Made by a program: the position numbers and the translations under genes
In this document: positions 37,865 to 47,227 of the stretch, one piece after another
Layout: every line of letters begins with the position of its first letter
How positions within the stretch are numbered: the first letter of the stretch is position 1
The notes under the pieces: generated by a model
Told to the model about the DNA's origin: nothing
Databases searched by the model: none
The model's input: only the letters and a program-made list of their open reading frames with translations
Virus record (IMG/VR): IMGVR_UViG_3300030329_005082
Location: 1 to 64,000 of that record
Source of the DNA: a virus
Reading direction: 5' to 3' (one strand)
DNA: 64,000 bases

Positions 37865-37903
37865 GCCACCTGCCGTAACAGGGTGTCCAATTAATATAAG
37901 TAG

Positions 37904-39160
37904 CTAGAATTTGGACATTGGAGTTATAATGCCCTCAGAATAATCTAACTGCGCGTCAAGGTTTTGCATATAAACAGGAAGTTCTGGCTCAATATTTTCA
38001 TCCAACAAGTTGGCAATCAAGGTTTGATACCCGCGAAGATTGGCAGCGTTATGAATTGAAAACCTATCAACCACTTCCGCACAGGATTTATTATATTGAT
38101 CTAAGTCGTCACGCTCCTCGTGGCGAAGAGCAGACTCAAACTGACAGACGGCTTCTGTCAGGTTTGCGCCCCTGTAATAATATCCAAAGTCCGACATAAA
38201 CTCAGAGTTATGTACTACTGGCAGTTGTAAGAATGCTGCCTCAAGCAGTGTGTAGTTTAGCCCATTCATGAAGTGGTGATGGAACATTAGCCTTGCGTGC
38301 TTTATAAGTGTCGGAAAAGAAAAGCGAGGCTCAAAAGAAACTTTTATATCTTTTGCCAGAGGAAAGAATCTAATGTACTCAGCAGCGTGCTTATTAAGTT
38401 GAAAGTTTTTCAAAGCGTTGAACAAATATATTTTATTGAACTCCTCGTTGCCTCGCTCATGCACAAGGTTGGCAGCCATGAACGGAAACAAAGATGTCTT
38501 AAGAACATTCAGGTTGGGCTCTGTGCAAAAAATGCTCTTATTTCTAGGGTCCTGCTTTACGAAGAACGGGGAGTCAGTTTTATAATCCTTGTCCTCTTCA
38601 ATGAGTACTTTGAGTAAAGCCGGGTCCCAAATGTAGGGACACTGATATGCCCTGTTTGCCCTATAGCGATGAATCATATAATCTTTTTGCCATGCAAAGT
38701 GAGGACTCATCCAGACTGCATCAGCAATAGAATCTTCTCTGAGAAGTCCACCAGCACAATGGTTCTCTCTTCCCTCTTCAGGGTGCTCCAAGTGTCCGAA
38801 AACAAATGTTTCCTGATCCATGACGTAGCGGTTACCGTAAATAACATCCGCTATCTTGACACCATTGTCTCTAAATTTTTGCAGATAACTCTTGCCCATC
38901 ATAGCACTGACCAGCAGGAGAACATCCAGATGATATTTCTCCCTGAACAACTCCATGCTGTAAGCTGTCGTTCCGAATATATCTGCTTCGTCGCCTGTAA
39001 TGTTTTTAGACAACCCAGGAGGGTACACTAAGACAGGTGAAAGTGCTGGTATTTTCTTTAGAAGAAGATACAAATAATATGCATTTTGGTGCAAACCATT
39101 GTTAAAGTAACCGGAAGCATCTGGGCTTACTACGATACCTACAACAATCTGCCTAGACAT
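37904..39160 (-). CDS. DUF2827-like putative GT-B glycosyltransferase
   Basis: NNGLHQN, EPNLNVLKTSLFP, GLNYTLLEAAFLQLPVVHNS, GYYY. Confidence 0.7.
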   Translation of the reverse strand: MSRQIVVGIVVSPDASGYFNNGLHQNAYYLYLLLKKIPALSPVLVYPPGLSKNITGDEADIFGTTAYSMELFREKYHLDVLLLVSAMMGKSYLQKFRDNGVKIADVIYGNRYVMDQETFVFGHLEHPEEGRENHCAGGLLREDSIADAVWMSPHFAWQKDYMIHRYRANRAYQCPYIWDPALLKVLIEEDKDYKTDSPFFVKQDPRNKSIFCTEPNLNVLKTSLFPFMAANLVHERGNEEFNKIYLFNALKNFQLNKHAAEYIRFFPLAKDIKVSFEPRFSFPTLIKHARLMFHHHFMNGLNYTLLEAAFLQLPVVHNSEFMSDFGYYYRGANLTEAVCQFESALRHEERDDLDQYNKSCAEVVDRFSIHNAANLRGYQTLIANLLDENIEPELPVYMQNLDAQLDYSEGIITPMSKF

Positions 39161-39223
39161 ATCAACCCTCCCGTAAAAATGTGTGCTAACTTATATAGGA
39201 TGCACACCACTTTGGAGGCAATC

Positions 39224-39580
39224 TTAGTCTTCTTTTACTTCTTCTTCGGCAGGCCGTTCGCCGTAGACATCTTTGTGTCCGTCTTGATAAGTAATAATGG
39301 TTTGATTGGCTGGGTGTGGTTCAATGTGAACCTTCACAAAATCACTCATGCTATCAAAGATGGCAATACCTCCACGGGGCGGGGGATAGAGCCAGTGAAC
39401 AACGCATTGACCTGTCGCCATAACGACGCCTTCAATAACAACACCCTCGCCCGAAACCCCTGTTTCATCCTGCTGACGGTAAACTGTGAAACTGGTAATC
39501 CCTCTTGGTGCCAACTTGGGTGGTGGCTTGGGGATTAAATCATCAGCAACCTCTTCAGACATTTTCTGCTCATCGCTCAT
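39224..39580 (-). CDS. Hypothetical phage protein
   Basis: DETGVSGEGVVIEGV...VVHW...IAIFDS. Confidence 0.65.
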   Translation of the reverse strand: MSDEQKMSEEVADDLIPKPPPKLAPRGITSFTVYRQQDETGVSGEGVVIEGVVMATGQCVVHWLYPPPRGGIAIFDSMSDFVKVHIEPHPANQTIITYQDGHKDVYGERPAEEEVKED

Positions 39581-39825
39581 TCTACACCCCCAAGCATGGC
39601 AGCAACGCGAGATAACCTTGCAGCATCAACAGGAGTAAGCTCATCAGCACGATATAGATATTTATCTTTCTTCAGAGATGGTTTTACATTTGTTTCGTAT
39701 TGGTCATCTTCTACCCACCTTACGGTAAAGTAAGTCCACTTATCAGGATCTTTTAGTTTGCCAGTAATGGTGCCAAACCTCAAAATGCTATGATAAGTTA
39801 CATAAACGTTTGATCCTATATCCAT
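39577..39825 (-). CDS. Small KOW/SH3-like protein
   Basis: MDIGSNVYV...FGTI...FTVRW. Confidence 0.55.
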   Translation of the reverse strand: MDIGSNVYVTYHSILRFGTITGKLKDPDKWTYFTVRWVEDDQYETNVKPSLKKDKYLYRADELTPVDAARLSRVAAMLGGVE

Positions 39826-39840
39826 TCTATTCTTCCTTCT

Positions 39841-40095
39841 CTAAGCAACACAGATTAAGTGGTTCTCGCCGATAAATGTATATGTTTCGCCATCAAAGTT
39901 AACTTTCTCCACCCCAAAGGCATGAACAACAACCCTCTTACCTGTTAGGTCTTCTGAGCAATCAGAAGCGCAAGAAATTACTTTGGCTGCTACAAAATCT
40001 TGAGGCTTCTCCTCCTTGGGAACAAAGAAGGATCCTTCGCGAGGAGCATCCTTAATCACTTCAATAAGTAGTCTGCGATTTAAAGGTTTCATCAT
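39841..40095 (-). CDS. groES: Divergent GroES-like co-chaperonin
   Basis: MKPLNRRLLIEV, EGSFFVP mobile loop, AKVISC, GKRVVV, VEKVNFDGETYTFIGENHLICV follow the GroES strand pattern. Confidence 0.75.
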   Translation of the reverse strand: MMKPLNRRLLIEVIKDAPREGSFFVPKEEKPQDFVAAKVISCASDCSEDLTGKRVVVHAFGVEKVNFDGETYTFIGENHLICVA

Positions 40096-40322
40096 AGTTC
40101 CGTCCAATACTCTGAAATCATTACATATTCAATCTGCGATACAGTTCCCCACTCTCGGTCGCCACAGTGCTTGCAGTAGCACTCTATGCCGACATGACCT
40201 CCTGGCAACGCTGTCGTTTGCCCAGATGGCAGCCAAGAATGTTTGACCTTGTTTTGTTTTTCCTCACGCTTGCAAAATCCTTCTTTAAGTTGCGGAGGCA
40301 TAATAAAGTTTAGGGTAGCCAT
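40092..40322 (-). CDS. Small Cys-containing hypothetical protein
   Basis: CYCKHC. Confidence 0.55.
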   Translation of the reverse strand: MATLNFIMPPQLKEGFCKREEKQNKVKHSWLPSGQTTALPGGHVGIECYCKHCGDREWGTVSQIEYVMISEYWTEL

Positions 40323-40370
40323 GATGGACTCCTTTCTTCATTTATATATTACTCTACTTTTTGTTTCCCT

Positions 40371-42242
40371 TTAAGTGATTTCGCAAGCGCCGCCGGCACA
40401 GGCTGCCTCACCCTTGAGGTCGGTGTTGTCATCCTCTTCCACAATTTTAGTGAGATCAACACTTTCCAGGGTAGCAAGCATGGCTTCAAACTTCTCCTTG
40501 GAGCAGTCTTCAAAGGGTGCTTGCTGGTAAGTGCCGCCATTGAATGGAAGGACTGACAGCCCGTTGTAGTGCTTGCGGTTCATCCACATCCACTCGCCAG
40601 CATCGGTCCACTCGTTTTCGTGGAGACTGATGGTGGCTGAAACGTTGTGTCCGTTCTGACCTGAGCGTTTGCCAGGGTTGACCCACTCTCTTGTGATTTT
40701 CTTTACTCGCCGCAAAAGTTGGAAAGCACTTTCATCACGTAGGATAGAGCCTTCGGGTGCCCGCTGGGGCACCGAGATGACGGCTGTATCGTGTGGGCGG
40801 AAGTACTCGTCCTCCACCAGTTCTGGGTGGTGAATTGCTAGGTGCCAATAAATTGGCTCATTTTTGCCAACTCTGATTCGGCGGATATAATAATCGTTGT
40901 GCCAGGCGTGGATGCCGCTGGATGTTCCCAGGGTCAAACTCGTGGTTCCCGCAGGCTTTACGCAGGTTGTGCGGGCTGCATGATTGATTCCGATCATGTC
41001 AGCAACACGGGCGTTCTCTTCCTTCACAACATTGGCAGCGTCCGTCAAGCTAATGTCATCTTGGAGCACACGACCCGAAGCAATGCCTGTCATAGACACG
41101 CCGATCAGAGCATCCTTTTCTGTGGTTCGCTGCCAGATTGGGCGAAGATAATGAAAGTCTGTGTAGCCAGCTTGGAGTGTGCCGATGAAGGCTGCTGCTC
41201 GCACCCGCTGTTCCAAGTCGTTCTGTCCCGTGATGTTGCTGACATTGACTTCGGTCAGGTTACAGAACTGGAAGGGTCGTAGTCCGATCTCACAACATGG
41301 GTTGGTTCCCCAATCCTTATCGTTGGACAAGTAGATGCCGGGCTCGCCAGCGTTGGATGCCTCAACACGCTTCCATAGATCCATGAAGAATTCTTTTGTG
41401 ATTCTGTGCCGCAAAAGTACAGCAGAGTTGTTGGCTCGTCCACGCTGTGGGTTGGTTTCCCACCAGTTGCCAGCCTTGCAGGCAATCATCTCGTTGTCAT
41501 CTGCGGAGAACAAAGAGATAAGAGCAGCACGACGGATGCCACCAGCCAACACGGCGTCGGCAATATGGCAAACGATGTCGTGGACTTCAATAGCCGACAG
41601 TCTGTCGCCATCATTCTTTTCTGCGAGCACACCCTCAACCTTCACCAAGCATTCCTTGAGAGGCTGGGGTCCTGGGGCTTTGCCACCAGAGGTTACAAGG
41701 CGAGAACCTTTAGGGCGAATATCGCTATAATCAAATCGTAGCCGTGAGCCACCGAAGAAGTAACTGCGAATAAGATATTTGACGGCATCAGCCCATCCTT
41801 CAATACTATCATTTATTAAATACCTCCGGGTTCTTTCTGCGTTTGGTTTCCGAATTTCTGGGAGTTCATCTACATGATGCTGCTGGACCGAGTATCCAAC
41901 ACCAGTTCCGCCGAGCAACAAGAACATAATCTCACCGAACACACGCCAGTCATCTACGGGAGCATAAGCGCAGTTGAACACACGGTTGGGAGAGATTTCA
42001 ATGGGCTTGCCTGCGAACTGCATGGAGCGCATAGATGGCAAGACTTTCTTATCATAAACAAACTGGTATGCATCTTTAATTTCCTGCTTGAGGTCAGGAT
42101 ACTTTTTCATGTGCATTTCCATGTTGCGGGCAACAAGCTCGTCCCAAGTTTCACGCCTGCTCTTCTCTGGGAGATATCGGGCGTACTTCATGTACACTGT
42201 AATGTCAGATAAAATTTGAGTTGAAATATCTTGTTCGCTCAT
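40371..42242 (-). CDS. nrdJ: Ribonucleotide reductase, probably class II (B12-dependent)
   Basis: PSMRSMQFAG, FNCAY, GGIRRAALI, TNPCCEI, VKPAGTTS, C-terminal ACAGGACEI; no beta subunit in window. Confidence 0.88.
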   Translation of the reverse strand: MSEQDISTQILSDITVYMKYARYLPEKSRRETWDELVARNMEMHMKKYPDLKQEIKDAYQFVYDKKVLPSMRSMQFAGKPIEISPNRVFNCAYAPVDDWRVFGEIMFLLLGGTGVGYSVQQHHVDELPEIRKPNAERTRRYLINDSIEGWADAVKYLIRSYFFGGSRLRFDYSDIRPKGSRLVTSGGKAPGPQPLKECLVKVEGVLAEKNDGDRLSAIEVHDIVCHIADAVLAGGIRRAALISLFSADDNEMIACKAGNWWETNPQRGRANNSAVLLRHRITKEFFMDLWKRVEASNAGEPGIYLSNDKDWGTNPCCEIGLRPFQFCNLTEVNVSNITGQNDLEQRVRAAAFIGTLQAGYTDFHYLRPIWQRTTEKDALIGVSMTGIASGRVLQDDISLTDAANVVKEENARVADMIGINHAARTTCVKPAGTTSLTLGTSSGIHAWHNDYYIRRIRVGKNEPIYWHLAIHHPELVEDEYFRPHDTAVISVPQRAPEGSILRDESAFQLLRRVKKITREWVNPGKRSGQNGHNVSATISLHENEWTDAGEWMWMNRKHYNGLSVLPFNGGTYQQAPFEDCSKEKFEAMLATLESVDLTKIVEEDDNTDLKGEAACAGGACEIT

Positions 42243-43741
42243 GATGCTTGTTGCTCCTCGGTTTTTAATTTCTTAGCTAAATCTCGTAACTCATCTTTAA
42301 GGCTCTTCTCTTGGTTCACTTGTTTTTTTTTATTTTCGTCCGCTTGGTTTGTTTGTTGCTGGCGGCGCTCTTCTTTGAACTTCTTATACTTCTGGCGTAA
42401 ATGCTCGTCTTGTTCTTGCTTGGTCTTCATCACCACGGCATCAATCGTTGAGTGCTCATCAGGTGGAAGCACTCGCATGTGGACCTTGGCTGTATCAATC
42501 TCCATCGGGTAGACGATGCCGTCAATGCCGTTGCGGTTTTTGGCAACAAACATGCGACCTTTGTTCTCAGTCTTGTCCTCAATCGTGCGGGAGATAGAAC
42601 AGATAAAGTCAGCTACAAAGCACTTGCTAAATGCTTCGCTGATGGCTTCCATCGTAATGACCTCGGCATTCAATCCGCTGCGGTTTGTCTGGGATGCTGT
42701 CCACACCGGGATGTCCCACACCTGACCAATGCCTCGTAGTTCTTCATAGATGTTTCCAAGACTGTGGCGCAACTCCTGGGATTTGAACCCTGTGGCAGTT
42801 GGCTTCAAAAGGTCAGCATAGTCCACAATAATCATATCGGGGTTGATGCCTTTCTGCTTCAACTTCTCAAGGTGCGTAGTAATGGTCCTTGTGGAGGCTG
42901 ATTTCGTTGGATACTCTTTAATGATGAGTTTCCCTGGGATATGTTCCACCGCCATGACGATAGCATCCTTCATGGACATCAGATTCTTTAAGTCAATGCC
43001 CGTGATGCAGGAGTCGTAGCGTTGGCCCACTACCGTGTCCGCAAGTTCTAATGTGTAATGGACCACCGTCTTGCCTTTGACCACCGCCATTGCACCGAGA
43101 TGGGCAAGAGCCATAGACTTGCCGGCACCAGTTGGAGCGACTACCACACCAAGCTCACGCTTGCCAAGCCCACCCTTGGTGATGTCATCAATCTCGTCCC
43201 AATGTGTAGAGATGGGATTACGCATCTTCATCTCAAAGCGGTCAAGCACGTCTTGGTGGTAATCGTGACCATGGTCGTTGTCGGCCCCAAGGTTCATCGC
43301 TTCATTAATGACCTTTTGAATCTGGTCAAAGCTCTGGGACTGAAGAAGGTCCACCGATTTCAAAATGGCTTCTTTTAGTTTCTGTTTCTTGCAGAAGTCT
43401 AGCGACTTCTCCTTGACATACTCTTCGTCATCTGATCCGATGGCATTGCTCTTAATGCGCGCCATGAAGTCAATGACCTGCTTAATAATACTGTCAGAGT
43501 AGTCCTCTGTTTGTGTCCGCACTACCGAGACCATTGCCTCATAGGTTGGGTGCGGGTACTGTTGCTTGTGTTGGAAAAGTAAATCAACAAACACTTGAAG
43601 ATACTTAAGTTCAAGATAACTCGTATCAAGAACTTCTTCCATTTGGTTCGCAAAGTTGCGATCAAATAAAATAATCTTTACTAGTTTTTCCTGAAAGGAT
43701 TTTCCGAACTTGCTGAATGTGTCATATTGTTGTTCGGGCAT
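42239..43741 (-). CDS. dnaB: Replicative DNA helicase (DnaB/gp41-like)
   Basis: APTGAGKS, YTLEL, IIVDYADL, TASQTNR, VAKNRNG. Confidence 0.93.
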   Translation of the reverse strand: MPEQQYDTFSKFGKSFQEKLVKIILFDRNFANQMEEVLDTSYLELKYLQVFVDLLFQHKQQYPHPTYEAMVSVVRTQTEDYSDSIIKQVIDFMARIKSNAIGSDDEEYVKEKSLDFCKKQKLKEAILKSVDLLQSQSFDQIQKVINEAMNLGADNDHGHDYHQDVLDRFEMKMRNPISTHWDEIDDITKGGLGKRELGVVVAPTGAGKSMALAHLGAMAVVKGKTVVHYTLELADTVVGQRYDSCITGIDLKNLMSMKDAIVMAVEHIPGKLIIKEYPTKSASTRTITTHLEKLKQKGINPDMIIVDYADLLKPTATGFKSQELRHSLGNIYEELRGIGQVWDIPVWTASQTNRSGLNAEVITMEAISEAFSKCFVADFICSISRTIEDKTENKGRMFVAKNRNGIDGIVYPMEIDTAKVHMRVLPPDEHSTIDAVVMKTKQEQDEHLRQKYKKFKEERRQQQTNQADENKKKQVNQEKSLKDELRDLAKKLKTEEQQAS

Positions 43742-43758
43742 TTGCTTTCCTTATTTCT

Positions 43759-43786
43759 ACTATACCGCATTTATTGAAAATGTGAA
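43759..43786 (-). promoter_or_regulatory. sigma70-type promoter TTCACA-N16-TATAGT for helicase
   Basis: TTCACATTTTCAATAAATGCGGTATAGT. Confidence 0.65.
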
Positions 43787-43798
43787 GTCTTCTCTCAT

Positions 43799-44752
43799 TT
43801 ATTTTTTATGAGAGTTTAGCATCAGCATTAGTTCATCAATATTAAGAGTACCGATACCATCCTTGAGGAGCATTGTTCTAATCTTGGTGCGGTTTAGAAT
43901 AACCCCGTCATTCTGAATCGCGTACTTGAGCTTTCTGACTCCTTGCGATGATATGGTAGAGGTATATAGCTGCATAATCTCATAATTTGAGGCGATAATT
44001 TCCTCATTTTCAGCAACATTTTGATAAGCCTTTATTTTATTTTTATTATTTTTTGCGTGCGACATAATGTCGTCAAGCCCATAGTCTTTGTTTTCCGAAA
44101 GGAAGGAAAATCTTTTAGCTACTGTGGCTAGCCCTAACCCTTTGACGCCCTGTAAGTTATCAGACTTGTCACCTACAATAGCTCGTGCCCAGGCAAAATT
44201 CCGAGGATGAATATTATATTGCTCCAGCACCGTATTGCGGTTCAAAATTTCCTCATTTTTTCCTGGGCGGATTAGAACTGTTTTATCATCACACAGTTGA
44301 ATGAAGTCCCGATCTGAAGAGATGATTAGCTTTTGCCAGTCTTCAAATTCGTTACATTGACAAAGCCACGCAATTACATCATCAGCTTCTACGTTCTCTA
44401 CCGCCAACTGAAGAACCGGAAGGTGCTCAAGATACTCTGTTAGGCGAATCATTTGTTGGTACTTGTTTTCTCGCTCAGCCTCTGGTGTCTCAAACTCATA
44501 CTCTCTGTTGAGTTTTGGCGCTTTGCGTCCAACTTTGTAATTCTTATTCTTTTCTCTCCGCTTCTGGGAGCCGCCTGGTCCCTCCCAACAGATCGCAACA
44601 CGATCAGGCTTGGCACGGCGGACTTCTTTTTGAAGTGATCGCATAAAGCCAGTTAGCCCACCGATAGGATTACCATTAATGTCTAACTGTGGCGACATAA
44701 CATAGTTTCTCACAAAGAGATTAGCGCCGTCAATAATTAAAAGTCTTTTCAT
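43799..44752 (-). CDS. 5'-3' exonuclease/flap endonuclease (T4 RNase H-like)
   Basis: LIIDGANL, EADDVIA, SSDRDFIQL, GDKSDNLQGVKGLG. Confidence 0.92.
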   Translation of the reverse strand: MKRLLIIDGANLFVRNYVMSPQLDINGNPIGGLTGFMRSLQKEVRRAKPDRVAICWEGPGGSQKRREKNKNYKVGRKAPKLNREYEFETPEAERENKYQQMIRLTEYLEHLPVLQLAVENVEADDVIAWLCQCNEFEDWQKLIISSDRDFIQLCDDKTVLIRPGKNEEILNRNTVLEQYNIHPRNFAWARAIVGDKSDNLQGVKGLGLATVAKRFSFLSENKDYGLDDIMSHAKNNKNKIKAYQNVAENEEIIASNYEIMQLYTSTISSQGVRKLKYAIQNDGVILNRTKIRTMLLKDGIGTLNIDELMLMLNSHKK

Positions 44753-45177
44753 ATTTGTTCTCCTGTGAACTCTAAGGAGCCGATACCATCATCCGTAGTG
44801 AAGACTGCTCGCTTAAGTCCATACTTGCTGATCAATTCCTGACACATCTCGCAAGGACATGACATGCCCGGATGCCCGCTTCTTCCAACCCTGGCAACAT
44901 AAATCGTTGCGCCCTTAAGTTGTTCCTTATTTTTAACTCTGGAGATGGCGTCCAACTCAGCATGAATAGTTTTCGGGATCTTCTCGCCGTCCTCATAAAA
45001 AACAGAGACAGGATGAGTCTTGTTTCTGTTCCTGCCTACGGCGAGAACGCGAGCACCCTTCACAATAACAGCAGCGTGCCGGTGCTGAATGTGGTCGCTA
45101 TATTCCTGTCCGAGGATGCGGCGCAGAGCCAAGTTAAGAAACTTGTCGCTGATCTTCTTTTTCGGGTCGTACTCCAT
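44749..45177 (-). CDS. Zn-dependent nucleotide/nucleic-acid deaminase (CDA fold)
   Basis: IHAELDAI and SCPCEMC (HxE...PCxxC). Confidence 0.88.
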   Translation of the reverse strand: MEYDPKKKISDKFLNLALRRILGQEYSDHIQHRHAAVIVKGARVLAVGRNRNKTHPVSVFYEDGEKIPKTIHAELDAISRVKNKEQLKGATIYVARVGRSGHPGMSCPCEMCQELISKYGLKRAVFTTDDGIGSLEFTGEQI

Positions 45178-45191
45178 GTGACGTACACCTC

Positions 45192-46262
45192 TTACTTCTT
45201 ACCTATCCTACACTCATCTTCAAGAATGTCAAGCACTCTTTCTTTGAATTTTGGATCTTCTAGAAGTTTTACGAAATCTTTGCTCTGGAACTTTTTATCT
45301 TCGCCGTCAACGTTGATTGTATACCAAGCACCGCTGCGAACACAACCAGGCGTGCCAGCGATGGCAGAAAGCCAGGAGCCCTCATCATCAATTCCAACTC
45401 GGTCATTAGCAAGGTCAAATAATACATCAAACTCACAACTCCTTGGTGATGGACCGAAGCGAGACTTCATGGTCTTGGCACTCGTGTGGAAGCCGATAAC
45501 CTGCTTCTTCTCGTTGCGGATCTCCCCGTTGGCTTTTCCCTTGTGTTGAGTCAGCCAAATACGAGTGGAGGCATGGTAGGGCAAAGCCTTACCACCTGGC
45601 TCAACTCGGTTGTCTCCGAACATCACGCCGATGTTGGTTTTCAACTGGTTGGTGAAGACCATGGCAATCTGTTCTTTGCCGAGCGTCTCTGTGACTTTTC
45701 GCATACCCTTGGCTAGTGCCTTGGCTGTCAGACCGATACGGCTGTTGGGGTCGTAGTCGCCCTCAACTTCCGCCTTGACTGGTGTGCCGGCAACGCTGTC
45801 CCACACAATACAAACAAGTTTGTCTGGGGCTTTCTCTCGTAGCCGACCAATCAGTCGCTCAATCGTCTCAAAGACTTCTTCAATCGTACCGGGCTGAACA
45901 TATAAGAAATTGTTCTTGGTGTCAAGTCCTAGTTGACCCATAAAGTCTGGAGAGGCTGCGTTCTCTGTGTCAATATAAACAGCAACGCCTCCCATCTTTT
46001 GTGTGTTCGCTAGAATTTGGGTGACGACAAGACTCTTACCGCTGGCAGATTCACCAGCAATCGTGGTGAGCTTGCCGACAGGGATTCCCCCGTCTCTGCG
46101 GTTAGAGATGATGTAATCAAGTAGAGTTGAACCCGTTGAGATCCAAGTCTTCACGTCCGTTGGGTTATCCCCGTGCAGATCGTATGCAATGTTTTCTTTA
46201 GCTGCCTTGTTTAATTCGCTTCGCAAATCACTTACAAGGCTATTTCCAGCTTTGTTTGCCAT
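45192..46262 (-). CDS. recA: RecA/UvsX-like recombinase
   Basis: ISTGSTLLD, GESASGKS, YIDTENA, IVWDSVAG, NQLK, GGKALPYHAS; start MANKAG at 46262. Confidence 0.93.
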   Translation of the reverse strand: MANKAGNSLVSDLRSELNKAAKENIAYDLHGDNPTDVKTWISTGSTLLDYIISNRRDGGIPVGKLTTIAGESASGKSLVVTQILANTQKMGGVAVYIDTENAASPDFMGQLGLDTKNNFLYVQPGTIEEVFETIERLIGRLREKAPDKLVCIVWDSVAGTPVKAEVEGDYDPNSRIGLTAKALAKGMRKVTETLGKEQIAMVFTNQLKTNIGVMFGDNRVEPGGKALPYHASTRIWLTQHKGKANGEIRNEKKQVIGFHTSAKTMKSRFGPSPRSCEFDVLFDLANDRVGIDDEGSWLSAIAGTPGCVRSGAWYTINVDGEDKKFQSKDFVKLLEDPKFKERVLDILEDECRIGKK

Positions 46263-46322
46263 TTTATCTCCATAAATGGAGAGACACCTGTACCCCGTGC
46301 CTCCCTGCGGGTTGGCGGTCAA

Positions 46323-47108
46323 CTACGCCAATAGATCGTCAAACGCTGACTCAATGTCCGTCACGCCTTCAAGGTCTGAAATGTTCTTCGTAGCCTTGGT
46401 TTCCGTGGTCGCATTATTGTAGCGAGTCGTTCCGGCACTGGAATCTACTTCTGTAACTTCTCCAAGTGTCTCGTTGAGAACCTTTTCGCAGTCTTCATAA
46501 GAAGCGACTTCAAAAATCTCATCAGCAGGCTTGATGCTCTCCAGAAGAGTGTTGACTTCCTCTTCCGTCTTTGCCAGCTTGCTGGTACGGCGCATTGGGC
46601 GCACATCAGTGGTTGGGAACGCTTGACCAGACTTCTTGCCGTAGTCAATACGAATGTCGGTACCCTTCTCGGTGTCGGTGATGTCACCGTACTCGGGGTC
46701 AAGAACTACATCAAGTAGTGCTTGGTAGGTGGTGCGGGAAAAGCCCCACCAGCGAACACCCTTGTCCTCTTCGCCACGAACGACGACAGGAGCGAAGATT
46801 CGCATCTTAGGCCAGAAGCGTTTGGCTGCTTCCTTGGAGCCGTCGGTTCCTTCGTTCCAAAGGCGAGTTCCCCACTCTGCGATGGGATCGGGATCACCGT
46901 TAGTCCGTGGACTGAGAACGGTGGTCTTTCCTTCAGCGCCCATGCCATAGTGGTAATAGGCTTCAAAGAATGGATCGCCGCCATTCGGACAAACCAAACG
47001 AACTTGGTGCGTGCCTTCATCAGGCTTCCAGAAGTTGTCAGCGGAGTCACCGCCTCGGTTAGTAAGAGCAGCGTGCTTTTGCCGCATCTTTGCAAGATCA
47101 ATACCCAT
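46323..47108 (-). CDS. Single-stranded DNA-binding protein (T4 gp32-like)
   Basis: FWKPDEG, YHYG, DPIAE, DITD.EKGTDI, acidic C-terminal tail ending FDDLLA. Confidence 0.85.
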   Translation of the reverse strand: MGIDLAKMRQKHAALTNRGGDSADNFWKPDEGTHQVRLVCPNGGDPFFEAYYHYGMGAEGKTTVLSPRTNGDPDPIAEWGTRLWNEGTDGSKEAAKRFWPKMRIFAPVVVRGEEDKGVRWWGFSRTTYQALLDVVLDPEYGDITDTEKGTDIRIDYGKKSGQAFPTTDVRPMRRTSKLAKTEEEVNTLLESIKPADEIFEVASYEDCEKVLNETLGEVTEVDSSAGTTRYNNATTETKATKNISDLEGVTDIESAFDDLLA

Positions 47109-47227
47109 TGTATTCTCCTTTACTGGTTAGTTGACCGTACATCTACTATAGCACACCTTCATAGGATGTATAGCAAATCTTGTTGTTTTTTTGTTTCCCT
47201 AGAAAAAGGAAGGGGTTAGCTGGTGCG

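Noticed and set aside
37897-37904. GCTACTTA as a late promoter
   Set aside because: It overlaps a stop codon and is followed directly by a terminator with no ORF, so it is likely coincidental; the ACTATTTA at 9429 inside a coding start was dismissed for the same reason.
34360-46262. Inteins, introns or homing endonucleases in dnaE, nrdJ, dnaB, recA
   Set aside because: Lengths are normal, with no intein-type junctions, LAGLIDADG/HNH inserts or interrupted motifs seen.
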